This document shows, piece after piece, positions 32,868 to 45,900 of a stretch of 64,000 bases of DNA. Both the position numbers and the translations under genes were made by a program. Where the stretch lies: assembly GCA_040954595.2 (NCBI GenBank), contig CM082592.2:4790735-4854734 (forward strand), given 5' to 3'. This DNA is from Balanoglossus misakiensis. Its lineage: Eukaryota > Animalia > Hemichordata. How positions within the stretch are numbered: the first letter of the stretch is position 1; every line of letters begins with the position of its first letter. A model generated the notes under the pieces. That model had not been told where the DNA came from. It did not search any database and worked only from the letters and a program-made list of their open reading frames with translations.

Positions 32868-35800
32868 CTAAAACGAAGTCACTTCGTCGTCTTTGTTAAC
32901 ATCTGTGTGGAGACAACAGGTTAATTTCAATAAGTTCTTGTGTAGTTCCACCTGTTTTTCAGCTGCCAAGAACCATGCAGTCAGTTTTCCACAAAATCAA
33001 CGATAGTTTTCTTTAGAAATCACGTTAATTTTGCACTGTGTTACTGTTACCACATATATTTCAAAGTAGATATTAGAAATTTACTTCATGTACCACTTAA
33101 ACATCGCAAACTCACCTGGGTTACTGTAAACATACGATTTGCCCATGTCATTTCCCGTTGCCGCATTGTCCTGCGGCTTCTCGCTCGTCGACGTCAAAGC
33201 GCTGATCTTCGGCAGGAATATGGCACCAAGGATGACGATGGCGTTGGTGGTGATCCCGACGCAAAGCGCCGGGTCCCTGTACTGCTCCGGCGCCAGGGTG
33301 TACACAAGTATCCATGCAACCATGACGAAGACGGACGCCACGGTGGTGAAGAGGATGAAGGCGCCCTCGTTGAGAAGACTGGAGTACTTGCGCACACCGC
33401 ACGCTATCCAGAATGTACAGAACATTAGCAGGAACACGTAGACGAGCGAGAGCACCATCCACACGTTGTCGTAGCCGCAGTAGTAGACCACCTTGTACGG
33501 CGGCTGGATTCCCGTTTCTATGACGTCGGAAGACACGGCTGGCGGGTCTAAAAGCAACCACTCGCCGACAAGGACCACCTGGACGAGGAGGAAGGCCAGC
33601 AGAAGAAAGGTCTGGCTCCACGGACCGACAAACGCGACCGGGCTGTTGATCTCGGCCTTGTCGCCGATGCGCAGGATGCGGATGGCCTTGCAGAGCAGGG
33701 CGCACCAGACGAGCGCGTGGAAGAAGCTGAGGCCGAACCGCCGGCAGCCGCAGACGATCCGCGTCGGCTCGAACATGAAGGCGAAGTTCTCCAGCAGCAG
33801 GCAGCTGATCCCCAGCAACAGGAAGAAACTGAGGCTGGAGGAGGCGCCCTTGACGACAGGGTGGCGGTACTCCACCAGGAAGTAGATGAAGATGATGAGG
33901 CAGAAGAGGATTCCGAGAGCGACGACGGCGATGATGATGACGCCCCAGATCGAATCCCCGTTGAATACCAGGGGCGGCTTATCGGAAGCCTCGAGCCCCG
34001 CGACGCCCTGGGTGTAGCACTCCCGGCAAGCGTCCGGACAGGCCGATCGTACCGCGTTGGTTGTCCCGTGGCCGTCGTAGTCATAGTGCTGGACCTGTCC
34101 AGTTATTCTCAGACTGCCATCATCCCACTTGCCAATCTGTAAATGAGAAACAATTGACAACAGTATGAGTACAGGTCATCTAAAATGATGTGCTGCTAAT
34201 TGAACTGGTTTAAAAAGTGCCTCTGTGCGAACAGTTTCCACTTGCCTATTCACAGGTTAAGCTTTTTAAAACAAACGTGGAAAACATCTTCAGCTAGCTA
34301 CTTCTGATTGGATGAAAACCGACGCCGAGTACTTACTTCTCGATACCGTCCTACTGCATTGGCAGCGTCATCCTCAGCGTCATCCTCTGACACGTAGTGC
34401 ATGATAGTGTATTTCGGAGCCCCTGCTCCCCGGAGGAACGAAAACGACTGCCCGCCAGCGGCCTGGCCAACCAACTCAGCGCTGCGTATTGCGTCAAACA
34501 CTTCCTGGGGAGACGCGTTGTAAAACTCGGGGCATAGCCTCAGGGTGGGACACTTGGCTACGTGGAGATCGTGCAGGCCTTTGGCTATGGCCAGAACGGC
34601 GTTCATGGCGTAGGCGGAGAGCGCGCTCCTGAGTCTGGTCTCCTGGACTGATCCCAGATTGACAAGCTCAGGGTCCTCGCAGAAGTCGGCGTTGCGGGTA
34701 CTCGTTTCGTCGAGCCTGCAGTCGAGCACGGACTCCCAGAGGTAGCGGAACCACGGGTTCCTCGCGTTGTTCTCGGGCGTCAGGGATGTCAGGTAGTCGT
34801 AGAACTGCGGCATGTCCTCCTGGAAGGGCACGAGCGTGAAGGCCCCCTTGGCCACGTCGAGCACGTCCTCCACCACGTCGCTGTAGATGCCCCAGGAGTC
34901 GGGCGCCACCCAGGTGAACTTGGTCCGCGCCTTGGCCTTGGCGTGCTTCAGCAACTCCCGCGTGTCCTGGTGGCTGGTGAACAGCACCACCACGTTGGCG
35001 CCTTTGGTTCCCCCGCGGGCGCTCAGCTCCGCCATCACCTCCACGTAGTCCTCGTTGGTGGGGTTGGCCGGTATCGTCAGCTGGGTCGCCGCGCAGATCA
35101 TCTCCGCGTTCGCCTTCTCCATGAACGCCTGCATCCCGGTCAGACCGTAGGTGGAGTTGGACTTCACCGTGGACACGTAGAACCACCGGTACTTCAACAG
35201 GAGGCTGACCATGGCTTCGGCCTGCTTGTCGTCCACTGGAACCGTCCGCAGGAAGTAAGGATAGCGTTCCCTGTTCTCCAGCTCGATACTGGTTGATCCA
35301 AAACTAACCTGAATGGTGTTTGGAGAAAGAGGATTATATAAATTATAGAAATATATAAATTCGCATTTTAGTGACTTTCTCGAAGAGCTCAAATTGCGAT
35401 AAACTCTGTGGCAAATCGGACGGCATGCAGGTAGGCTCGTGCCCTAAAGTTATGAATTGAAGCACCTGTTCTTTTAGATGCTAGCACTTCGCATTGGTTG
35501 ACTGACTGACTGCCTTAATCAAACGATGCACATGGGATGAAATACCTGTCTACAGTTGCAAAAGTAATTTTGATTGCCGTTCAGATGGCTCAAAAGATGA
35601 TAGGGTATACACTCAGACAAACATGCCTTGAAAACTTTCAAGCAATGTCTACAGACCTCTCATGAAAATATTGTAAACGACAATCCAATTCAAATTCTTG
35701 CTATTAGCTACTCGGAGATCACGCACACACCTGTGTTTTCTGAACAGCTCCCGTGACTCGAAGCATCTCCTTGGAAACGCCGCTCAGCAGGGCCCCGACG

Positions 35801-38800
35801 GTCGCCATGATGTCACCGGGATGGTTCCCGAATTCGGCGGCCCCGCTCAGGGCCAGCATGGCCGCCGTGGACGCGCGCTGGGGGCTGGAGCACGTGTCTA
35901 TGATGGTCATCCCCAGGGCGACGTCCGGCAGGATGTCCGGGCTGCTGTTGACCGTGTCCAGGGCGTACAGCATGGCCTCGGCGTTGACCACCTGCGCCTC
36001 GCTCACCGCGCCGCACAGCAGCGGGTTGCTGCCCACTTCGCTGATCCCGAACAAGACCGGCACCTCGATCTCTCCGTCCACGTGGGTGAACGTGATGGCC
36101 GTCCGGCCGCACTCCGTGCAGTTGCCCCGGCACTCCGACGGGTAGGCGATATCCGTCTGGTCCAGCTCGTACACGAACGCCTGTTCGTTTGGTCCGTATA
36201 ATACGATGTTTGAGTTGATTTTAAACTGTCTCCTTTTGAACTTTCCAACCTACATTGAAAGACAAGTTAGAAACGTTTAAGAGCAGTCGTGAAATTCGCC
36301 GCAAACAGAAACGAATACATTTTTCATAAAAGATATGTCTCTTTATGCGTCAGTGGGGTACAGGCCCGAACAAAGCGTGAGCGCTCGAAAAAAAAAACCG
36401 AGTCGGATTGTCGTGTGTGATACACGGAGTTCCAGTAATTTACCTTGAAATATGCATGGGCGTCACTAGCTTCATCTTTTTGCAGGTTGTAGATGTCGTA
36501 GTCAGGGTCCCCGTCGCCGTCGTCGAAGAACTCCCCGCTCCGCAGGAGAGTGTCCACCAGCTCCCCGAGAGGCGCGTTCACTAAGTCCGCACATATCCCA
36601 GTCATCTCGGGACACTTGCGGCTGTACAGGTCGTGGATGGCGTACGCCGTGTAATTCACCGCGGAAATCACGTGTGCGATGTAGTCAGCGTCGCCTTCGT
36701 TGGGTCTGAGGGATAAACCATCTGGCGGAGAAATGCAAATTAGAAATTTTAATTACGACTTGGCCAATCAGGGCACAGTACCGACAGCCGTTCGCTAGAA
36801 ATTATCTGCTCACGTGTGGTGGACTTTACGCAGAGAAACAAAAGAAATGAAAATGTCGATGTGTTTTGTGTTCGTACACGCGCACTACACACATAATTGA
36901 CTGGCCAAGGAGTGACCCACACATTCCCTCGTTCGGCCTTCAACCCCGGGAAGGCGGCCATTTTGCAGTGATTCGAATTCCCCCTGGTTGAGAAGCCAGC
37001 CGTGTGGTGTTACCATCACGACGCAGTCAATATGTGCATATACTTGCACCTGTCTGATAGCGTTTGCTGGATCTTCGGAAAAGTTGTTAATTGTGAGAGT
37101 TCGCATAAATTATGTATCCTTCCATCTACATTTACTATTTCTCTTATTCAACAGTAATTTCAAACCGGGGGGGGGGGGTCTTCTTTCTGAAATGGAGTGT
37201 ACTACGAACATTGTCCCACCTGCGCATTCTTCGCCGTAAGAGGGTTCTTCCCCGGGCAAATTGCACTTGAATCTGTCCATCCAGTACTGCTTGAACCAGG
37301 GGTTCCGCTCGTTGTTGTCGGGGTTCAGCTCTGCGAAGTAGCTCCGAAATTGCTCTTGCGTTGGGTTGTGGGGAATTATCGCGATAGTTCCTGGGGAAAA
37401 GGTCGTAAAATAGGTTTTTGCTTCTGTTACGGTATGTTCTCGTCAGACAATGTATACAGTAGACGACAGGTGAGAGCCTGTGGTGTATACGCCATTGGCG
37501 CCATGTGCAAAACGAAAAGCCTTCATGCCAAAAAAAAAAAAACACATGTCAAGGGAGACAGCTTACCCGCCGCCTCTGCTTCAAACCCGTTGATCACCCA
37601 GTTGCCGACACCCCAGCCGTCGGCTGCGACGACGGAGAAGTTGCCCTGCAGGCTGTGCTGGTGGAACTTGGCCAGCAGCGCTCGGCTGTCGTGGTTCGTG
37701 GTGAACAGAAGAAGCCCCTTGGCGTCTGCTCTGGACAGGAGACTGTTGATCGTCTTGTTCATTTCTTCGTTGTCTCTGCTGTCCTTGATAACCAGTGAAT
37801 TGGCTATGCATATGCCAACCTAAACGCCGGGTATAATGCGGACATCAAATTAATGCAACTGCGAGTTGTGGTAATTTTTGTCGTCTCATTAATAGTATGC
37901 TGGGATTCTTCAGTGGACAAAACAACACAAAACCTATCAAAAGAAACTAAAATACCCCAAATGTGGTCAAAAGTGAATGGCGTTGCACTCACCTCTGTAG
38001 CGTAGCGTTGAAGAGCTTCTGCACCTGCACTGCCATATGCCCCTTCGCTGTTGATGGTCTGAACATACTTCCAGCCCAGGTACTGAGCGACTTTTATCAT
38101 GGCCCTGGCCTGGTAGATATCCGAGGGAGAAGTGCGGAGGAAGTTTGGGAATATGTCTTTGTCGCTGAGCAACGGACTGGTTGAACTGTAGGCCACCTGC
38201 GGCACCATGGTGACGCGCGTGAGCTCGTTCATGGCGATGGAGAGGGTGCTGGTGGAGGCGCCGATGGCCCCCATCAGGTACGAGTTCTGCCCCGCCGGCG
38301 ACGTCACCACCCCGGCACCCCCTCTGCTGAAGTCGGCCGAGCCGAGTAGCGTCATCATCTGCTGCTGCAGTTTCGCGGGGCTGTAGCAACTGTCCATGCC
38401 CACCACCCCCAGGGACAGGTTGGGGAGGACGTCCTCGTCGTCGTTGATGTGGTTAACGGCGAACAGCATGGCCTCCAGCCGCTTCAGCCCGACCTCCCAG
38501 AGCGCGCCGCACCCGTCGTCGCCGGAAGACCCCTCCTCGTGCACGCCGAACATGCCGGCCAGCAGGATGTCGCCGTCCACTTGGAAGCGAGAGCGCCGGG
38601 ACCTCGACCCCGAACCTCCCCCCGAGCCCGACCCGCAGTTCAGATCGCGACACGGCGAGCGGCACACAGACGACACCTGCGAACCGAGCTTGAGAACTCC
38701 GTTCTGCCAGAAGTGAATGACATCCACGTCGATCCCACTGAGCGTCTCGCTGTCTGCAACCTGAAGTACAAAACATCCATACCATGAAAAACTTTTACAA

Positions 38801-41726
38801 AGAAACGCGCATTTTCCAAGTATCACAATGGCAAAGGTGTCTTTGCAGTACTAGTACATGTACATGTATTTTGCTTGTCTGAGAGTTCCGTCAGAAGTTG
38901 TTAAACATTACTACCGTGCAATTATTGGTCTTTTGTCAAAACTTTACACGATGGAACATTCACGTGTTATGTCCCTGTACAGAGTGTGAGTTGAGCTGTG
39001 AAACAACAGGTGGTTTGGCATGTTTCAATGAGCCGAAGAATCTCTCTAAAGGAAATAACCAAATAATGTCAAAAGTGAGCAACTTTGTCCTTGCAATGTT
39101 TCTCGTCGTTGTCCTGTTTAATGTTCACTCGACAGTCGATGTCAGAATGTCTTACCAGTCACTGCGTCGATTTATAGTCGCATTGGTGACAAAAGATAAC
39201 TACATTAATTGGAATACCGTATTCAAGAATTACCTTCATCAGATGCAAAACTTCCCCATCTTGTCGGTAGTTTAAGATGTCTAAAATCGGGTACACGAGA
39301 TTGCCCTCTCCGTCGAACTTCACACGGACGCCGCCGTAACCGACGAAGTCGACCTCCATCATGTAGTCGCGGATGTCAGACGAGGAGACATTGGCGAGTT
39401 CTGGGCAGAAGCCGGGCGAGCCGCACACCCGGGCGTGGGCGATCCGCACCGCGTCCGCCAGGGCCCTGACCGCGTTCATCGCTGCAATCAGCCCGGGGAG
39501 CGGTTCCACCTCCGCCGCCGCGTGCTCGTCCACGTGGCCCTGGTCGCACCCCACGCCGTACTTCGCGCTGCCCGGCAGGTCGCACTCGTACTTCGCCTGC
39601 CAGTACTCGGCCACCCAGGGATCGGCTTCCTCGTCGAAGGTGGCCGGGCTGAGACCCTGGAAGTACGTGGAGAACTCGGCCACCCCGGGGTTCGGCACGG
39701 TCACTCCCAGCGCGCCGAGAGTGATTGGGACGTAGTCGGCGAGGAGTGGTTCGTGCATGTCGATGTTCGGGATGACCCAGACCAGCTTTTTGGCACTGGA
39801 CATGCGCGTGTCATTTGCAGCTTTAAACAATGGCTCCAAATCGTCCAGGAAGAGAAGTACACCTGTGAATATCCAACAAGACATGGCATTAATATGTGTA
39901 TGGTAACAACCAGCTAGACGGGATACGTATGAAAGATTATAAGTGCGTTCTCATATAATACTGTATCGACGAGTCGGAGTGTAACTTGCATGTAGCGCGC
40001 CAAAGAACAGCTCCCCCCCCCCCCAAAAAAAAACACCCCAGGGAGACGGATATTCACGCACCTTTCGCATCGGATTTACTGCTCAGTTCCCTGACGATCT
40101 CGTCGTAAGTGGTGCTGTCTGATTCGTTGGCAATAACTTCTCTGGACATAGCCACGCAGCAGCCGTTCTCCACAATCAAGTTCACGACACGCATAGCAAA
40201 GCTGGACTGTGTGTCCGAGTACACCACGGAGACGTAACACCAATCCAGTTTCTGCAGTAGGTTCACGATGGTCTGGAAAGTAAAATTTTGACCTCAGGTG
40301 CTTAGTCACTTTGAAGGGAATGCAGCTGCTGTACATGTTTGTCTTCATGCATGTGTTATTGTCATTGATGTTGGATCATACAAATGCACAAGAAACGATT
40401 AACTTTTGTTGAAGATCGCAAGCTAATTGTACTGAATATAAAATATGCCATGCATACTTAATACATGAATAGTAAAGATTGTGGAGAGAAAAAAGATTAA
40501 AACGCTACCAGATACCTCAGCATAAAACTGATCCGATGGCATCAATTTGAAGCGAGAGGCGACGGACATCCTCCGGTCATTGGGGTCTGGAAACATCGCG
40601 TTGGTCAGCTGGACGATGTCGAAAATAATCTGACCTGTTTTTCAAACGTAAAGATGGGTCAGTAGAATTTCAGTAATTTCACTGATGTGGAGGTGATTAT
40701 TTGTCAACAGTATGTAAAAAGGTCCATATTGATTAATCAGAGATGTAAGCTATTATCGGTCTTTGCTAACGCTTCAAGGAATGCTACGGGTTGCAAAAGC
40801 ATGTCCATAACAGTCAGAATCCATGACAACATAGGACATCAACTACTTTAGGATCAATCTGCACTGTTTCAGTCACACCGTATCACGCCCATCTCAGAAT
40901 GGGCACCGTATATGTCATGTACACACACCATACCTGGCCTTAAGACGTCAACTTCACACACGTCGCCAGTCAGGTCGAAATTCTTAAACGTCTCGCCCAT
41001 GTAGTCCACACTCCGTTGCCAGGCAACGCTTGGCAGGGAACAGGTATCGCGTGCTTCAAGCCCTTGAAGAGAACAACGAAATTACATGTGTCAGTAAGTG
41101 TTCAACAATGCTTTCCAAACAGTAAATTTACTACGTACACGAGGTTTGAAACACTCTATTCGGTGAAATCATTTCTGAAAAGCTCGGTAGCTGTATTATA
41201 TTTTTATCATTTTAGTGCCGTTCTTAAGTTATCACATATTATCGTTCCTGCATGAAGTTGTGTGTGAGTCTGCTTGTTATACAACTTACAAGAAATGTCT
41301 TCGCACTAATATCAAAGTGTGCAAATAAAGTATTAGGGTACATCCGATATTTGGCCGTTGTGAAGGAATTCGGTGAACATTTTGAAAAGTTGCAACGTCT
41401 AAAACCAACTTTCGATAATTTGCGAATCGGTGACGTCACGCCTCGAGGGGTTACCCACCTATTTGAACGCCCGGTATCGTGTTCAGCCCGTTCAACTGAT
41501 GCAGCGTGTAGATGGCGCCTTCCAGCCGCTGGATGGACTCCAAGTTCACGATGGTCGAAGGGTCGCACCCCCTGCCGTTCGAGCTCCCTCCGAAGAAAGG
41601 GAAGTCGAACCCCAGAATGACCTCCCCTGGCATTTCCCCGACTCTTGAATACGAACAGTTGCTCTGGCATTGCACCGTTGCCAGGTAACCGCAGGCGATG
41701 ATGACTGTAAGTGCCCACCGTCTCAT
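32868..41726 (-). CDS. Class C (mGluR-like) GPCR with three tandem Venus-flytrap domains, ~1790 aa, 13 coding exons
   Basis: Exons 41726-41459, 41062-40934, 40634-40516, 40272-40062, 39862-39234, 38760-37993, 37819-37567, 37390-37220, 36721-36444, 36249-35731, 35308-34337, 34136-33116 and 32902-32868 join in frame (5373 nt). Signal peptide; three G(D/E)(V/I)...EAM-like...IN/LN/VN...P...G...D(T/S)C starts; one class C 7TM (HPVVK, LLCKAIRILRI, NEGAFI, FLPK); C-terminus EVTSF*. Confidence 0.85.
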
Positions 41727-42762
41727 CGTGGAACTCCTTGTCTGCCGGAAAGGAGAAAATTGACATTAAGATTCCGTGAAATGTTAACTTAGTTATTGAT
41801 GAAAACCGATTTTCTGAAGAGACAACAGTCAGATAAGCAAACTTTCCTAGACAGCTGTTGACCGGTTCACTGGAAAAAATGTGATTATGATAGATAATAT
41901 TGATGAAGCAACAATAACACGAGATCAGCAGATACTGTGACAGATATGAAGAACTGTGTGTGAATGCATTGGTTCACACACATGTAGCTGGGACAGATCA
42001 ACCTTCGATGTTTCTTTCAATCATAAACACGGTGGAATTACCCAGCAAAATCTCGTTTATGAGCAACAATCTGACCGTGTAAATTTATTTACTGGTTTAT
42101 TGTCCAGATATTGCATGGGATGGGTGTAAAGCAGTTGTTTTCTGTCAGTCCCTGGGGGAGGGGCGTGTGATGTATAAGATCGAAAGATCCTGTTGAAATT
42201 TGAGAGTACTGTACGCGAATACAGGCACGCGTTTGTTTTAGCCGACGTAATCTCAACCTGGACAACAACGTGTTGTGTGATGTTTTCGCCATCTTTCGCA
42301 TCACACTGCTCAATTCTCCAGTGATTCGGTCTCACATTTGATTCAGTATATGCACATTTCATCAATCAACAGATAAGACTTGTTAATGAAGAGATATTTA
42401 CAGTATATACTATTTCAAGTTTCGAAAGTTGAAAGAGGTTAATCAGTTCGGCTATACGAAGAAGCCGCCTTTGTCGGGTTGTACGTCTGCGCCTGAGTCT
42501 ACTTCAAATAACACACGATTGTGTGCGTAGCATGTCAATTGATTGTGGAAGGAAACTGATACACAAAGGGGGGAATGACTATATTACACAGTCGGCTAGA
42601 TGCAATCGATCTGAGGAAGGGCGTACGCGTTGTGAATTTTGATCAGGTAAAGTATTTGCGGAATTAGATTACGACATGGCAATTGCGTGTTCAGCACGCG
42701 CACGACGAATTGGAGATACATGCACATGTATGTTATTGTCACTAAGGCGCAGTCTATTTATC

Positions 42763-42908
<146 letters not shown>

Positions 42909-45900
42909 TAATCATAAGCTAACTACATTTCAGCGCTGTTTGCGTATCGCTTGGAAGCCGACAATGTGATATTTAAGATTAAAGTAATAGACTAGCCTAC
43001 ATGCCTTCCTTACAGAAATTGCAATTCGGATGCCGCCGGGGGCACTTGTACGATTGCTGTGCAGGTGGACACGAGATGAATCGTCTACAGGAAAAAATCA
43101 GGATTAACTTAAATGTTCCCGCGGCAATAGACTGTAATGCTGGAGGGGTTGGTCGATTTTTTGTTTTGCATTATAACCGGAAAATTGTCTCCGTGGAGAA
43201 AAAGGCGATGCAAGGTTGAACTGCGTAAAAATGAGCAAATAAAATGAACTGAATAGTTATGGGACCTTTCTACAGTAAAATTACGAGTCCGGGACATTCA
43301 AATGGGCAAAGCATTGCACAATTCACGTATTAATGCAATCGGCCCGTAAGTCTATACGTAATAAAACGTTTTACGAGCCGGACAACTATGACTGCAGTAG
43401 GCCTAAAGAGAATAGAAGAACCGAAGGTGGCCGCAAGATTTCGCTTCTTCGTCACGGATGACTTGGTATTCACTATGCGCCAAAACGTTCTAAAATCGTT
43501 AGGAATGTCTGCTAGGTGAATATCTCAACCTCGTATTTGGCTCTGCAGTGACGGCTTTTGAATAAGTCACCTCCACGCCTACATAGTCAGACAGCGATGT
43601 TTCACTCTTTGGCGATGAAAAAACGCGATAATTTATCGTAATGGCAACAGAAGGGATATTTCTATGGCGACGAAGCAATTATAGATTCAGGTGGAAATAA
43701 ATGTACCCAGGGCACCGTAAAGCAGGACATTTTTACTCTACTGACATTACAAGACAAAAATGAACGAGTACGTTAAAATAAATGCAATTTGAAGTCCAGA
43801 ACTAATCTCTAGATCGTTTTACAACAACTATACAATGTGTTGACCTATATATAAAACATCGACTGGTTATGTGTGAGATTATACATATCACTGACAAAAA
43901 GCGACACACGGCGCAATAAATAAATTGTGAGAACATAACCCGATCAGAGGAAGCGGCTAAACTTAATCTTTTTCCCCGCGGTCTGTAGCGGACAGTCGTA
44001 TTAAAGTTTGTTCCTTGTGTATTTTATTGACGGAAGGGACGGGAGAGTTACACAGAAAAAAACAGTTACCCCTAATACCTTTCAAATTGAAGCAACACGA
44101 AATGCATTAATTTATCAAGATTGGCAGGTGTATAAACGGTGATTTAACGACAGGATGCAAATACCGGTATGTACGTTCTCGCCCGAAGCCATATCCCACT
44201 GTAGTTGTCAGTTGATGACACGAATCACTTATGATAATCCGGTGACTTTAAAGTGATTTATATGTATTTGGGGTACTTAATATACACCCTGACGTGAATC
44301 ACTGCAACGGTGCGCGCCAAGTCGACACAGAGAACCGGCGTTTACGTGCGCGTTTAAAAATAACCCGGATCGAGTGAAATAAATTCAAACGACGACTTGA
44401 CAAATACCGGCACCGCACAAAACAAAGTCCAAACACAGCTGGACAACGATCCCGTGATAATCCGTCAGAGCAGCACAATAGTCGCATTATTTTATTTTCA
44501 CTTTTTTCGACAGATTTCTGAGGTTGATGCTATTCACAGGACTGGCCTGGTTTATTTCTTCGGTCTAATAATTTTTTGTTATCGTCGAACATTCAATATA
44601 CAATGTCCATAGGAAAATTTTATGAAAGTAATACATATTATACAAATAGGGGTATAATTATACGCTATGCACACAAGCCAACCATTAGATCATATGGCAA
44701 TATGTTTTAGTCGGTGAGGTGATGTGAGCCATGTCACCGATCCAGCTGGTGGTTTATATAAGTCGACGGAAGCACACAAAATAAATCATCCCATCAAAGA
44801 TGAATATTGAGTTACCCATGAGAGAGAGACTTGAAGGGGAATAAATATGTATTCACTGCGCGAACACATCTTAAATCTTGCTTTCGCAATGTTTTCATTC
44901 AAGATAATATCACGCATAGTGTTGAATTTGTCAACCGAGCGTCGATTGCTATAGAGATTGTTTCTCATAGTCTCCCATCATGCTCATGAATGTCGATCTG
45001 TGAAATATTAGATGATCCATTGCGTCGGGTTGGCGGTTATGTAGAACTTCATGTTGTGTCCATGAGCAAGTACACGTTGATTTGTACCTGTCTGTGGACG
45101 GCTTAGAATTAAGGTGGATATACAAAGCTGAGTCACTCTCGTGAGATGACTTAAAATGGCGTGGATAATATTGTGAAGACTGGGCGTACACTCCTATGCG
45201 ATGATATAAAAACATTCTGAATGAGTAACTCGCCCGTTTATTGATCAGGTGTACATAAATATGTTCTGCCCTGTCGTTCTGCAAATAACTTCCAATTTCC
45301 CGTTTCGCGTTGTTTACGTTCAGTAAATGCAACGGGCACTGCAGACACACCCACGGTGACTAAGTTCACATCATTCGCAGTTTCGACAGCCATTCACTCC
45401 CGTCACATCAAGCACGCTACTTCTGTGGCGTTCTCATCCGCTGATGTGAAGATCCTTGACCTTAGCTAGCCTGCCTGCCTGCGCGAGGATGTGTTACCAG
45501 GACAACCATAAGTGGAATTTTCAGACTGATCTGCCAACATGCTTAAGTACCGGAATGTCTCTCTATAAGTTCGGAACTGGATTGATATTTTAAAAATTGC
45601 GAAATAGGACGACGACGATGATCGTGACAATGATTATACAACAATAACAACAAATGTTATTATTATTTAGAATCTTACATACTATAGCAGTAATGATGAT
45701 AATAATATTATTACTTTCATTGTATTGTAGTTCATTAATTTCATTCTTAATTTATCATGAAAAATAATCATACATATAGGCCTATATATAGCCTGTATAT
45801 ACATGTATTACAGCAACTAGTCACACATGCGTAAACAATACAAGGTTTTCTATTGAAATTCCCTCAGTCTCACTTCCCTTGTAACAACGTATATTTTTTC

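Noticed and set aside
33139-39917. Many long ORFs overlapping the GPCR exons in other frames and on the + strand
   Set aside because: Expected shadows of GC3-rich coding exons; no independent motifs.
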